This document shows positions 1-10,365 of a DNA stretch of 64,000 bases, piece after piece. This stretch comes from a virus (lineage: Duplodnaviria; Caudoviricetes). Position 1 is the first letter of the stretch; each line of letters begins with the position of its first letter. The notes beneath the pieces were generated by a model. The model saw nothing but the letters and a program-made list of their open reading frames with translations, was not told the origin of the DNA and did not search any database. Location: positions 32,001-96,000 of IMG/VR virus record IMGVR_UViG_3300020577_009322; one strand, given 5' to 3'. The position numbers and the translations under genes are program-made.

Positions 1-77
1 AAGAAAATATATACCCCAGCTATCTGCATCCTCTAATCTTAATTGATTAAGACTTTCTATTGCTTCTTTATATTTGT

Positions 78-413
78 TCATTTATAATAATTTTTAAGTA
101 TTTCTTTACCTAGTTCTTGTAATTCCTCATCTGCAGACGCAAGTAATAATGTGAGCTTTTTTACTATTTTCTTATCTTTACATTTACGAGTAAATTCGCT
201 CCTTATTAGGAATAACATATCCTCTTCGTCAATAACATCGTTTTTTTCTTTTTCATACAGAGTATTTACATATCTATAATCCATATCAGCCTTATAAATA
301 TCTATAGGAATACCTAGATCTTTATAATATTTTACTAATTGACGTTTATAGCAATCAACCATCTTTTTTATTACCGTCTTATTAATCATATTATTTCTTT
401 TTGTAATATCCAC
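78..413 (-). CDS. Hypothetical protein, paralog of 391..702, C-terminal SxDxE-x3-LG motif
   Basis: Shares LFLIR..F..KCKDK...K.TL...S.D.E...L...I...YYK with the adjacent ORF. Confidence 0.7.
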   Translation of the reverse strand: MDITKRNNMINKTVIKKMVDCYKRQLVKYYKDLGIPIDIYKADMDYRYVNTLYEKEKNDVIDEEDMLFLIRSEFTRKCKDKKIVKKLTLLLASADEELQELGKEILKNYYK

Positions 414-702
414 TCATTATTTGTTCAGACAAGTCATGCATTTCTTTATCTTTAGACATTTGCATAAGAGTTATCTTTTCTAAAACATCTTTATCCTTAC
501 ACTTTTTGGAGAAAATTACTCTAATTAAAAATAATCTATCATCTAGTGATAATCCCTCATCATCCTTAAATGTATTTATTAATACATTAATAAATACATT
601 ATCAACATCTGATTCATATCCTGTAGGATACATGTTTATTGACTTATAATATTCTTTTACCTCTCTATCATAAGATTTAATCATCCTTAGAAATATATTC
701 AT
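391..702 (-). CDS. Hypothetical protein, paralog of 78..413
   Basis: Tandem similarity; start overlaps the primase stop. Confidence 0.7.
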   Translation of the reverse strand: MNIFLRMIKSYDREVKEYYKSINMYPTGYESDVDNVFINVLINTFKDDEGLSLDDRLFLIRVIFSKKCKDKDVLEKITLMQMSKDKEMHDLSEQIMSGYYKKK

Positions 703-1676
703 TTCAGTAACTTTTTATCTTTCATAAATTTTTCTAATCCACCTAATCCATACTTTCTTGCATATCCATAAGCGTCATTTATTTCCGGAAGTAGATCCTT
801 GGGAGTATTAATATACTTCCATTTGTTTGTGGAGGTAATTTCCTTACACTTTTTTACTCCATCCCAGTCACTTCCATACCATATCCAAGGACTCTTACTG
901 ATTCCATTAATCATTTCTACAGTACTCTTGTCAAATATTTTCACAGCCTCTGCTTGAGTAGCTATACAACAAGGTGTAATCATTGTAGTAACAATCATAT
1001 CCTTTACTGATTTTTGTACTATTAAATCATCACACTCCTTCATGTTATTATAATTCCATAGATGATGAAAGGATACATTATTACGAAAACGATCCCCTTT
1101 ATCTCTTTCTGGGAAGTATATCTTTACTGCATCCTCCTCTTCACAGTAATAAGCAAAGACCTTTTCTCCATCTCTTATTTTTACTCTTCTTCTATTTATA
1201 GCCAAATCCTTTACTGCAAAACAATTCATTTTTCTACAGTGAGTCTCTGTAACCCCTGCTTCGTTCCAGTATACATGATGTTCCTTACCAAATGGCTTTT
1301 CTGTAAAGGAAATAGGAATATAACTTCTATCTTCGTCTGGTTGAATAATAATAGAGGATTTTACTATATGAGTACTTTTCCCTAATCCAAACTCATTAAT
1401 TATTTTTTCCTTGGCTTCCTTATGAGTGAGATTAAACAACCTTTCAACAAATGTCATGGCGTTTCCTACTTCTTCTGTAGCCTGATCTTTCCAGAACCAT
1501 ATACCATTTTTAGGAAAAACACCCCATGACAAGTGTCTTTCTTTCTTTCCCCAGGGCCTATTCATTAGACGAGAAGCGCTTCCAAGATACTTATAATAGA
1601 TATCATAACCACCATTTGTAGCAGATAATATATCATCTACAGAGAGATAGTCTTCTCTTCTTACTCCTTTTATCAT
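699..1676 (-). CDS. crAss-like DNA primase (DnaG/TOPRIM-type)
   Basis: N-terminal WFWKD..GNAMTFVERLFNL primase-like segment, TOPRIM-like GSDWDG, replication-module context. Confidence 0.7.
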   Translation of the reverse strand: MIKGVRREDYLSVDDILSATNGGYDIYYKYLGSASRLMNRPWGKKERHLSWGVFPKNGIWFWKDQATEEVGNAMTFVERLFNLTHKEAKEKIINEFGLGKSTHIVKSSIIIQPDEDRSYIPISFTEKPFGKEHHVYWNEAGVTETHCRKMNCFAVKDLAINRRRVKIRDGEKVFAYYCEEEDAVKIYFPERDKGDRFRNNVSFHHLWNYNNMKECDDLIVQKSVKDMIVTTMITPCCIATQAEAVKIFDKSTVEMINGISKSPWIWYGSDWDGVKKCKEITSTNKWKYINTPKDLLPEINDAYGYARKYGLGGLEKFMKDKKLLK

Positions 1677-1863
1677 TGATAATTATTTTACATAAATTTC
1701 TCATTTCCTCATCTGCAGAAATCATCATAAGATAATGACGATACTCTGCCTCTGTTATTTGTCCTCTTCTTCTATACTTTCTTAAAGTACTGGATAGATA
1801 TTCTACTTCTAGCTTTTCCGAATAAGATTTCCATGTATTAGATCTCCACATCTTCCTTTTCAT
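1633..1863 (-). CDS. Hypothetical protein with SADEEMRNL motif
   Basis: Co-oriented ORF carrying the recurrent motif. Confidence 0.55.
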   Translation of the reverse strand: MKRKMWRSNTWKSYSEKLEVEYLSSTLRKYRRRGQITEAEYRHYLMMISADEEMRNLCKIIINDKRSKKRRLSLCR

Positions 1864-2043
1864 TAATATATTTATCTATAATCTTCATTACCTTTTTATT
1901 TTCCTTTAATAACTTCTCTTTTTCTTTCTTAGATCCTTTTAGATGAGAAAGATTCTCAGTATATCTGCTCTTAAAACTCTTTAGTTGAAGAAGAGACATA
2001 TTTTTAATAGCTTGCTGTAATATTTCCATTTTCTTATATTTTG

Positions 2044-2131
2044 TTACGGGGATACGATTCGAACGTATGCATAGTCATAATGCTATGGCCGGTTTCTCTC
2101 ACCAGTGGGCCAACCACTACCCCACCCTGCC
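2044..2131 (-). tRNA. Aberrant class-II tRNA-like element (anticodon loop GAGAGAA, no U33, weak acceptor stem)
   Basis: T-arm ATACG-TTCGAAT-CGTAT, D-loop AGTGG, stem CTGGT/ACCGG, long variable hairpin CATAG/CTATG; acceptor GGCAGGG/CCCCGTA has 2 mismatches. Confidence 0.6.
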
Positions 2132-2142
2132 GTGTTTAAATT

Positions 2143-2171
2143 AAAAAAGCCCTCCCTTTTACAGGAGGGCT
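2143..2171 (-). terminator. Intrinsic terminator
   Basis: GCCCTCC/GGAGGGC hairpin followed by a U-run on the minus strand. Confidence 0.7.
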
Positions 2172-2191
2172 CTCTTGTGATTATTCTAATA

Positions 2192-3073
2192 CTAGTAATT
2201 ACTATTGACTGGTGTAACCACTTTTGTTGATAGAGAGGCTGTAATATCCTTATCTCTATCATATTCTTTAATAGGGGCTAATTCAAAGTAGGCATCAAAT
2301 CCAAAATCTTTATCATTAACTCCTGTTTCAAAACGATTCCAAGCCTTTTTAGCATATTCATTAGGGAATACTTTATCTCCCCTCTTTTCTAACCCTTCGA
2401 TATATTCCATAAAGGATTTTGGAAGAAAAGATTTACCATAAACTTGCTGATATTGCTTTTCACTATCATTCTCATCTGTTCTAACACCGGTTAGAATAAC
2501 AAATGGTGTGTCATATTCTCCATCGATTAAATTTTGCAATTCACTGTAATCTCCGGAGAATAATGCTTTAGTATCAATCAAAACTGAACAATTTAAGTTT
2601 GTCCAGACCATTCTACCTAACCAAGAACGTAGAAAAATAGCTAATTCCTCTTCTCCTAGTAATGCTTTTCTATATTGTTTATCACCTATACTATGACCAT
2701 CCTTTTGAAAGGAAGTAAACCAGGTGGGTAAATTACTCTCTTCATCTGTCCATGCTGTTGTACATGTACAATTTACATATTGAGATTTCAATCCATCTTT
2801 GCTTAATCTTTCTCTATTGGTCAAATTAAATGAGTGAACAAAATAGTTTTTTAGATTATCATCATACAACCAGAATGATAAACGAACTCTTTCATTACCA
2901 TTTTGATCCTCAGACAAATAGACAATCTCCTTATCTTCTGGACTGTCTTCTTTTCCTAGTAATTTGTTTAATTGTGAACGTGTTGGATTAACTGCAGCAA
3001 CCTGCACCTTTGTAAATCCAACATACTTTGTTGTTGCTTTACTGGACTGACCAGTTTGATTTCCTTTTACCAT
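2192..3073 (-). CDS. Conserved replication-module protein, possibly ssDNA-binding
   Basis: 293-aa ORF between AAA_24 and primase; function inferred from context only. Confidence 0.45.
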   Translation of the reverse strand: MVKGNQTGQSSKATTKYVGFTKVQVAAVNPTRSQLNKLLGKEDSPEDKEIVYLSEDQNGNERVRLSFWLYDDNLKNYFVHSFNLTNRERLSKDGLKSQYVNCTCTTAWTDEESNLPTWFTSFQKDGHSIGDKQYRKALLGEEELAIFLRSWLGRMVWTNLNCSVLIDTKALFSGDYSELQNLIDGEYDTPFVILTGVRTDENDSEKQYQQVYGKSFLPKSFMEYIEGLEKRGDKVFPNEYAKKAWNRFETGVNDKDFGFDAYFELAPIKEYDRDKDITASLSTKVVTPVNSNY

Positions 3074-3111
3074 ACTTTTCTTCTTTTACTCTTTTTCCTT
3101 TCTCTTGATTC

Positions 3112-3903
3112 TTAAATAAATATCTTATCCCATTCTAAGGGACCGTTGTAACCAGTTAAATGCTTTGCTCTAGTTCCTCCAATCTTCTCCTCAGTTCCAG
3201 TGAAATTTACCTTCAAAGTTCCTTTATCATTATAAACATAACCAATAGCATCTACTTTTCTTGGTAAACTTTCTCTTAATTTTCCAGTTAAAGCTAACTG
3301 TTTTGTAACAACTGTCTCTGTTCTGTCAGGTAAAGGTATGAATTTATCTTCAATATGACATACAAAAATCACACATTTTTTTGCAACTTTCATAAATAAA
3401 TTAAAGATAGTCATTACTTCCTCTCTAGACCACTTGTAACCATAACCATCAGGAAGTGTATGTACACTCTGATAATCATCATCTGCAGGATCGAGGAAGT
3501 CTCCTCCTTTAATAGGATTTCCCTTAGCATCTTTAACTCTATTAAAGGATTTTCCTTGTACACTATTCATATAACGATAAGTACCACTCCACTCTGCCCA
3601 TTCATTTACTTCTGTTAGAGTATCCAATGCTACGTAATCGTATCTTTTTCCTTCACTTATCAATTTTTCAGCCACTTTTTTTAACCAGTTTATCTTACCA
3701 ACTGGTCCTCTATCCTCGGGGACTATTATAGCTTTTGCCCGAGATTTTAGAGATCCTCTTTCTGTGTCCACAATTAGACAATTTTCCAATTCTGATAGTG
3801 CAGTAGTTTTTCCACACTTTTCCTTACCAAATAGAATACATGAGCTCATGTTAATTTCTGGCTCATGTGGCTTATTTGGAAAAATAATTTCTTCTTCTAT
3901 CAT
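3112..3903 (-). CDS. AAA_24/Sak4-like P-loop ATPase (putative recombination protein)
   Basis: GKEKCGKT Walker A, IVDTERGS, VALDTLT, IFVCHIE. Confidence 0.75.
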   Translation of the reverse strand: MIEEEIIFPNKPHEPEINMSSCILFGKEKCGKTTALSELENCLIVDTERGSLKSRAKAIIVPEDRGPVGKINWLKKVAEKLISEGKRYDYVALDTLTEVNEWAEWSGTYRYMNSVQGKSFNRVKDAKGNPIKGGDFLDPADDDYQSVHTLPDGYGYKWSREEVMTIFNLFMKVAKKCVIFVCHIEDKFIPLPDRTETVVTKQLALTGKLRESLPRKVDAIGYVYNDKGTLKVNFTGTEEKIGGTRAKHLTGYNGPLEWDKIFI

Positions 3904-3935
3904 TTCCTTTTGTTTTAGGAAACAAAGATAAGAAA

Positions 3936-4370
3936 TTATTCTTCATTATCATTATTTTCATCCCTCTTTTTTCTCAGAAATCTTGCTATCATCTCAGAAA
4001 TGTCTCCCAGGCCGCCTATGCCAGTTAATTTCTTTTCCATAGAATGTTCTAGAGAAGCTTTCACGGATTGCATAATCATCATTCTTACCTTCATAGGATC
4101 TGCAGAAGTTATTTTCTCTAGTTCCTCTATTAGCTCTGAAGTTCTCTCACATTTTCTAGAAACATTGGCAAAGTCTTTATTTGCCTGTTCGACTAACTCT
4201 TTGGTAAGACCACAGGCTTCAAAGGAATTCTCTTTAGTGTGATCGTAAGATATAAATTCTACCTCTTTATCCACTAGATTATTACCAATGAATATAATTT
4301 CTTCTGATGTTAACTCTTGATTATCAAAGAGTTTTATCATTATTTGCTGTTTTTTTGTTACTTTTTCCAT
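3936..4370 (-). CDS. Hypothetical protein
   Basis: Co-oriented 144-aa ORF directly after the vWA gene. Confidence 0.65.
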   Translation of the reverse strand: MEKVTKKQQIMIKLFDNQELTSEEIIFIGNNLVDKEVEFISYDHTKENSFEACGLTKELVEQANKDFANVSRKCERTSELIEELEKITSADPMKVRMMIMQSVKASLEHSMEKKLTGIGGLGDISEMIARFLRKKRDENNDNEE

Positions 4371-4371
4371 T

Positions 4372-5544
4372 TTAATCTTCTGTTAAATAGTGATAGGTTC
4401 CGCCACTTCTATGACAAATATTTTTTAAATCTCTATTACTCTGCATTAGACAGAGGGCATGTATTTTTATTGTAGGATGAAAAGATGGATCAACAGAATC
4501 ACTTCCATCATTAATTATCATTATCTCAAAATGATCCTCAGATAGTTTATAGGGATCACCCATTCCCTTAAACTTTGGTAATTCTCTCTTCTTTATAAAT
4601 GAAATAGTATCCTTAACACACTGATTAACATCAGTTGTTCCTTTGTTTAAACATATAAAATTCAAGTCGGAATACTTCATTCCTTTCTCAATTTTAACAA
4701 ACCCAAAAACTTCTGTTATAAAAGTACCAATATAAACATTATGTGCTTCACAGTGATCTCTTAGCTTAAGAGTAATTGCTGCCTCTAACATTCCTTTCTT
4801 GATATAGTCACTCATACTACCGCTATCATCTATAAGTATAATGAGATTTTGTGCTCTATCAGCTTTGCTAAAACGGGCTCTTACGTATAAGTCTTTAGCT
4901 GTAAGCTTTCTGGAAAATCCTGGTAAAGCTACTTCTACCAAATCCATATTATGGATCTCTGAGAAGTCTTCCATAGGAGTATATTTAACCATCTTTCCAC
5001 CATTATCCTTTACTTTCCTTCCTGATATTGCCTGAAAGGCCTTTTTTCTTGAAAGTAATGCTAAATATTTTATAAAATTAACATTTAGAGAAAGAATACT
5101 ACCTAAGGAATTATCCTTTTCACCTTCACCTTGATTTTCACGATAGTGATTCAGTATGTTTTTTAGATGATTATCTATATCTCCTTCTCCTTCTCCTTCT
5201 TGTTCTCTGTTCTCAAATTTGTAAGATAATACAGTTGCTACCTTAAGCATATCTGTAAAAGAGAAAGATTCTTTACGGATTTTTTTAACAAACCTCTTCT
5301 CCTCATCTCTTAATTGATGAATACTATCTTTATCCCTCCTAGTTTTACAATTAAAGAAATCATAATTAATATCTTCAACCGTCTTAATATCCTCTCCTGC
5401 CATTGTACAGGAGAGAGAATTATAGAAATCTTTTACTCTATGAGGAGATACCTTTCCCTGAAGATTTTCCTTCTTCAGAAATTCATCTATCTCTTTAGTA
5501 GTAATAGCTTCTATATTAGCCGCTTTTTCGAAAAATCTATCCAT
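4372..5544 (-). CDS. vWA-domain protein (ViaA-like partner of MoxR ATPase)
   Basis: MIDAS IILIDDSGSM, KGTTD, IINDG. Confidence 0.85.
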   Translation of the reverse strand: MDRFFEKAANIEAITTKEIDEFLKKENLQGKVSPHRVKDFYNSLSCTMAGEDIKTVEDINYDFFNCKTRRDKDSIHQLRDEEKRFVKKIRKESFSFTDMLKVATVLSYKFENREQEGEGEGDIDNHLKNILNHYRENQGEGEKDNSLGSILSLNVNFIKYLALLSRKKAFQAISGRKVKDNGGKMVKYTPMEDFSEIHNMDLVEVALPGFSRKLTAKDLYVRARFSKADRAQNLIILIDDSGSMSDYIKKGMLEAAITLKLRDHCEAHNVYIGTFITEVFGFVKIEKGMKYSDLNFICLNKGTTDVNQCVKDTISFIKKRELPKFKGMGDPYKLSEDHFEIMIINDGSDSVDPSFHPTIKIHALCLMQSNRDLKNICHRSGGTYHYLTED

Positions 5545-6532
5545 TTAATATAATATTTGATATTTCACAAATTATTTGTCTCATTGCAGCACCTATAGAG
5601 TCCTTCAATTCTACATATGTAGCATATGTAGAGGATTCGTAAGAACGATTATCCAAATCAGAAATAATTACTCCTAGTTGCTCATACGTTTCCTTAAGAG
5701 ACTGTGTATTAGCACTATCTCTACCTGTGAATAGAGATTTATAATCACCCTCTTTCTTATAAAGAAAGTCTCTTTCTTGTTTTTCTTTCTTTTCCTTTCT
5801 TATTTTGTCAATAATTTCCTCAGTTAACCCAAAATATTTAAGGTTCTGAAGATCATTTGTTGCTTTATATACTTCTGCCATGTGAATAGCTGTACGAGGA
5901 CTAACGAAATCCCCACTCTCATTTATCTTGTGACATATTTGGGCTATTTCTGGATAGTTATTTTTCAAAACTTTTGCAAACATATGATCATAATCATTTG
6001 CTTCATATTTTGGCCACTCAATCTTCATCTCCAGTGGAAAACGTTCCAGCAAAGCCTTAACTGAGTTATCTTCACTTACTTCCTGTTTAGTACGGTTAGT
6101 AAGACATATTACCAATTCAGTACGAATCTTAAACTGTTGCTTACCTTGTCTAAAGATACCTGATGTTAGAATATCTTTTAAAGATAATAATACGTTCATA
6201 CGACTATCCAGTAATTCCTCAAAAACGACATATTTCTTGTTCATAAATGAGTTCTCTACGAGATATTCTATTTCACCAGTCCTCTGAAATTTCTTCATAT
6301 CAATTCCACCAAACATTTTATCTTCAGTCATACCTTCTCCACATGCTTGAACAAATGTCTCTTGACCATTCTTATCTATATACTTTAGAAATTCATTAAT
6401 TATTTCACTTTTAGCATGACCACCTCTTCCATACAAGAAGATATTTTTCTTGGTAAGAAAACCAATCTCTAATATATTAGCCACTTCTTCTGCATATACA
6501 AACTTTTCCAGTAATACGTCTCTTAAATTCAT
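5537..6532 (-). CDS. MoxR-family AAA+ ATPase (RavA-like)
   Basis: GRGGHAKS Walker A variant, VVFEEL Walker B, ALLERFPL arginine finger; coupled to the vWA gene. Confidence 0.8.
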   Translation of the reverse strand: MNLRDVLLEKFVYAEEVANILEIGFLTKKNIFLYGRGGHAKSEIINEFLKYIDKNGQETFVQACGEGMTEDKMFGGIDMKKFQRTGEIEYLVENSFMNKKYVVFEELLDSRMNVLLSLKDILTSGIFRQGKQQFKIRTELVICLTNRTKQEVSEDNSVKALLERFPLEMKIEWPKYEANDYDHMFAKVLKNNYPEIAQICHKINESGDFVSPRTAIHMAEVYKATNDLQNLKYFGLTEEIIDKIRKEKKEKQERDFLYKKEGDYKSLFTGRDSANTQSLKETYEQLGVIISDLDNRSYESSTYATYVELKDSIGAAMRQIICEISNIILNG

Positions 6533-6549
6533 TTTTAGTTATTTTTTTG

Positions 6550-7620
6550 TTAAATGTATTTTACTTTTTCCTTATCGAAGAACATCAAAGCTGTTGATAT
6601 TCTATCGATTTCAAAATCCTCATCGCTAACTACTATATGAATAGAAGCTTTTTTCTCAGGATTATCATATTCTAATCCTAGAAAACGACAAATCTTTTGT
6701 GCTGTATCTTCAGGATTTCCTGAAGTATAATTAATTAGTCCTATATTTATAGGAACAATTGTTAGACCAGACTGTGCCATTTTTATTGTTACTAAGCAAT
6801 TACCTTTCCCGTTACAGAAATTAGATAATACTCCCTTTTCTTTATTCTTGGAATGATACACGGGATATCCTAGCTTATCTGCTATCTCAGTAACTCCACA
6901 AAAGCATAGTACTCTTTTTCCAGAGAAGGAAGAGAGTAACTCTTTTGTTTTCTCCATCTTTGCTATAGAATTCTGAATAAGGGATATTTGCTTTAAATAA
7001 ACAAAAAAGGAGTCTTTTTTCTCCTTTTCTAATTTGCTATAGGCATTTTTCAATATCTCGAACTGTTTCTTTTCTGTTCGTTTATTAGGTAGCAACTTAC
7101 TATTATCTAAAGCTACTTTGTGAATGAAAATTTCATAATCACACAATATTCCTTCTTCAACAGCCTGTTCTATAGGATAGTCATAACACACATCAATATC
7201 TGCAAGATTACTTATTTCTTCCTGTGTTTTTTTGGTTATGGTACCACTTAAGGCTAATACCTTCTTTGGATTTATCTTCTTTACAGAACATAGTTGGTTA
7301 GAAGAGCATTCATGTATCTCATCTATAACTAATATATCATAATTGTTAATAGATACCTTATGAAGAGAGCGGTGAGTAGTATATTCTATCTCACCATCCC
7401 ATCCCCATTTTTCTTTGTCTTTTTCCCAACTATCCTTTATATCCAGACGTGGAATAGCTATTAGAGCCTTTTTAATCAAATCTCTCTTAAAGATATCTAA
7501 GGTAACCTTTATTTTTCCAAATCTAGGTGCACATTTAAGCAATGAATGGTATTTTCCACTATAACTATTTACTGCTTCTAACTGTCTTATCTTTCTTATC
7601 CCTTGGTCTTCTATTAGCAT
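6550..7620 (-). CDS. Superfamily 2 DExH helicase
   Basis: APRFGK, VIDEIH, LSGT, QKICR motifs. Confidence 0.8.
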   Translation of the reverse strand: MLIEDQGIRKIRQLEAVNSYSGKYHSLLKCAPRFGKIKVTLDIFKRDLIKKALIAIPRLDIKDSWEKDKEKWGWDGEIEYTTHRSLHKVSINNYDILVIDEIHECSSNQLCSVKKINPKKVLALSGTITKKTQEEISNLADIDVCYDYPIEQAVEEGILCDYEIFIHKVALDNSKLLPNKRTEKKQFEILKNAYSKLEKEKKDSFFVYLKQISLIQNSIAKMEKTKELLSSFSGKRVLCFCGVTEIADKLGYPVYHSKNKEKGVLSNFCNGKGNCLVTIKMAQSGLTIVPINIGLINYTSGNPEDTAQKICRFLGLEYDNPEKKASIHIVVSDEDFEIDRISTALMFFDKEKVKYI

Positions 7621-8260
7621 ATCTTTCTTTCTTTAATTCTGAATATGGTTTAACTTTATTCTCCTCGCTTGTTAGATAAATTAGATAATTTTTGTATTTA
7701 TGATCCTTTTTAGCATATCTATTCAATGTTCTATTTTTGGATCCTATATACTCTCTAAGTAATCCTATACTATTAAATCTTTTGATAAGAATTCCATTAA
7801 GAGTGAAAAGACTAACTTTAATTGAATGAATTTGTACTCGTTTAATAACACGCTTACCTTCTGCTATGGCCTTCTTCATAGATAAAGAAATCCTCTCTCT
7901 TGTAGAAATAGTTGGAGATATTTGATAGTTTAAATCTACTAATCTTCTCTTATTATACTCCGGAGAGATATAATCCATCCAATGTTGCTCACGATCCTTT
8001 AATAGTATTCTAATTTTATCTTTTGATAAATTTTCACAATCTAAAATCTCAAGAATCTTAATATCAAACTTATCAATTCCATATTTATTGAAAGCATTCT
8101 GTAAATGTTTATTATGAATTCTACCCGTCTTGTTAAGACAAAGATAAGTATGTAACCTATTATATAGGTCAATAGAAGATCCTATGTAAGACTTTCTATT
8201 GACCTTATTAATTATCTGATAGATTCCAGATTTGTATCTTATATTTTTCTCTATTTTCAT
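7565..8260 (-). CDS. Free-standing GIY-YIG homing endonuclease
   Basis: SGIYQIINKVNRKSYIGSS...HNKHLQNAFNKYG...REQHW. Confidence 0.9.
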   Translation of the reverse strand: MKIEKNIRYKSGIYQIINKVNRKSYIGSSIDLYNRLHTYLCLNKTGRIHNKHLQNAFNKYGIDKFDIKILEILDCENLSKDKIRILLKDREQHWMDYISPEYNKRRLVDLNYQISPTISTRERISLSMKKAIAEGKRVIKRVQIHSIKVSLFTLNGILIKRFNSIGLLREYIGSKNRTLNRYAKKDHKYKNYLIYLTSEENKVKPYSELKKERYANRRPRDKKDKTVRSSK

Positions 8261-8328
8261 AGAATGAATATAAAAAATTTCTAGAAACTTTCCAAATCTA
8301 TTTACTGGGAGCTACCTTTATTAAACCA

Positions 8329-8682
8329 TTATCTTACTATATTACATTTACCTCCTATACATAACTTCTTCAGAGTCTGTAAATTAATATTTCTGATGCA
8401 ATCTCCTGTATTGTGTTTACAGGCTTCTTTTACTTTTACATATCCCAACATGAGATCTTTCTGACTCTTTAGAAATTGACCGTTTATTACTCTTTTAGTA
8501 CCCTTCTTTGTAATAAATGTGGCTGTAAAGAAACGGCCCTTACTAGTAGACATTAGCTCATATGCCCTTTTTCTGGAAATTATATTTTTTACTATTTTAG
8601 GTATAGTAATTTTTGGTATTGGTATAGTAGTTATCTTAGTCTTGTTAGTGGAGACTACTACTGGTTTTAGTTTGTTTTTCAT
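8329..8682 (-). CDS. SH3-like beta-barrel (WYL_2-like) hypothetical protein
   Basis: GRFFTATFITKKGTKRVING...RNINL pattern. Confidence 0.45.
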   Translation of the reverse strand: MKNKLKPVVVSTNKTKITTIPIPKITIPKIVKNIISRKRAYELMSTSKGRFFTATFITKKGTKRVINGQFLKSQKDLMLGYVKVKEACKHNTGDCIRNINLQTLKKLCIGGKCNIVR

Positions 8683-8956
8683 ATTCTAGCTGTTTTTCAA
8701 ATAATTCATCTAATGTTAATTTTCTCTCCCTTTCTACCTTTTTATCATAATTCCTCTTTGGAAAGTATTCTTTATGAAAGTCTTTTTCCTCATATATTAA
8801 ACCCCATTGACCTCCAAATCTTTCATTCATTTTCTCGTATACTCTCTTTCTACCTGATATTCCCTCTATTTCATCAAATTCTATCCAATAATCTCTCATA
8901 CGCTCTCCAGTTATGGGATGTACATGAGAATATCCAAAAGTTACATAGTATTTCAT
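8645..8956 (-). CDS. Hypothetical phage protein
   Basis: Co-oriented ORF with overlapping neighbours. Confidence 0.6.
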   Translation of the reverse strand: MKYYVTFGYSHVHPITGERMRDYWIEFDEIEGISGRKRVYEKMNERFGGQWGLIYEEKDFHKEYFPKRNYDKKVERERKLTLDELFEKQLEYEKQTKTSSSLH

Positions 8957-9199
8957 ATTTTCTCAAATGTTAGTTTGAATTTTTCACCATTCTTGTGTTT
9001 AAGAACAGCGGAGATATTCTTACCTTTTGCTAAAGAAGCTCTCATTATATGAAGAATTTCTCCCACGCACTCTACCCCTTCAGTAAATAATTCATCTCTG
9101 TTATTTTCAGCTTCCTTCATCATTACGGGATTTTTGGTCACATCTTCTGGTAGGAAATTATCGATTTCTGCAGATAGTTGTTTATCATCCTCTACTACT

Positions 9200-9424
9200 T
9201 TATTCTGATTTTCTTGTTCGTTTGCTTGCATTGTCTTTATTTTTAATATGTTTGATTTCGTCTGCACCTAGTAATACTACCTTCTGCTCACTAATAAATT
9301 CTACCTCATAGTCGTTACCCGTAGGGTATACATGTACTATCGTTCCTATTTCTCCAGCTTTAACATGTTGTCCATCCTTCTTAACCTCAACTATATCTAA
9401 CTCTTTGAAAATATTTCTTTTCAT
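9200..9424 (-). CDS. DUF4926-like protein
   Basis: ELDIVEV...AGEIGTIVHVY...YEVEF. Confidence 0.75.
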   Translation of the reverse strand: MKRNIFKELDIVEVKKDGQHVKAGEIGTIVHVYPTGNDYEVEFISEQKVVLLGADEIKHIKNKDNASKRTRKSE

Positions 9425-10365
9425 TAGTACTCTTTTATTGTCATATTCTTGAAATTCTCCTTATAGTGTAGAATAAGATCATTATCACTATTTCTATTCT
9501 TTACTACATGAGCAAATAAATCATCATTTTCTATTGGAAAGTTGACTAATCCCCCTCTTTTTCCATACTGACGTATATTGTATTTGGATGGCTTATTTAG
9601 AACAACAATAGTTTCACTAAACATTGCTGCAGCATCCCCACCATATACATCTCCCTGTCTAGGAAAAGCCTTATCACTTCCATCATCTTGTCTTTCCTCA
9701 AATTCTCTATTAATTTGAGTAAGGAATATAAATGCTACTGGTAATCTTTTCTTTAAAGCATTAGCTGCCATAAGCAAATTAAGTAACATCTGTACCTGAT
9801 TGCCATCAGTAGTAGTCATTTTTGTTAGAAGGGTATGATCAACCCTTACTAATACTCTCTTTCCAGGATTATTGCTACAGAAATCTTCTACAGTCTTAGA
9901 AAAATCCTTAATAGAGAGTGGTTCTTCACAAAAAGTTATTGGTAACTGTCCATAATGATCTCTCAAGAGAGATTTTATTTCTTTAAGTTCTCTATTAGTA
10001 ATAGTATTATTATCTGCAGATATAATATACTTATATGTTTTCTTCAGACGAGCTGATAGTCTTCTAAGTAACATTACCCGAGATGATAATTCCCAATTAA
10101 AATCGAGCAATAGAAAGTTTGGTTTTCCATCACCTCCTAAATTATGCTCAAAACATCCATCAACTATACAGTCTGAAAATGCTGATTTACCAACAGAGGG
10201 TCTACCTCCTATAGTAACTATACTATTCCATTCAATTCCATCGATCATAGCCATATCTAACTTCCTAAAGCCTGTCTTTAAAGAAGTTATACGACCCTCC
10301 ATACGCCCTTCTACATAGTCTATTACTTCATCTATTGCTTCTTTTACCGTCTTTAAATGTGCCAT
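9424..10365 (-). CDS. dnaB: Replicative DnaB-like helicase (C-terminal RecA domain only)
   Basis: TGFRKLD, GGRPSVGKS, VDH, LTQINR, KNRN. Confidence 0.9.
   Translation of the reverse strand: MAHLKTVKEAIDEVIDYVEGRMEGRITSLKTGFRKLDMAMIDGIEWNSIVTIGGRPSVGKSAFSDCIVDGCFEHNLGGDGKPNFLLLDFNWELSSRVMLLRRLSARLKKTYKYIISADNNTITNRELKEIKSLLRDHYGQLPITFCEEPLSIKDFSKTVEDFCSNNPGKRVLVRVDHTLLTKMTTTDGNQVQMLLNLLMAANALKKRLPVAFIFLTQINREFEERQDDGSDKAFPRQGDVYGGDAAAMFSETIVVLNKPSKYNIRQYGKRGGLVNFPIENDDLFAHVVKNRNSDNDLILHYKENFKNMTIKEY

Noticed and set aside
7565-8330. Group I intron around the GIY-YIG gene upstream of the SF2 helicase
   Set aside because: No intron core motifs seen, and the helicase appears complete from its own ATG.
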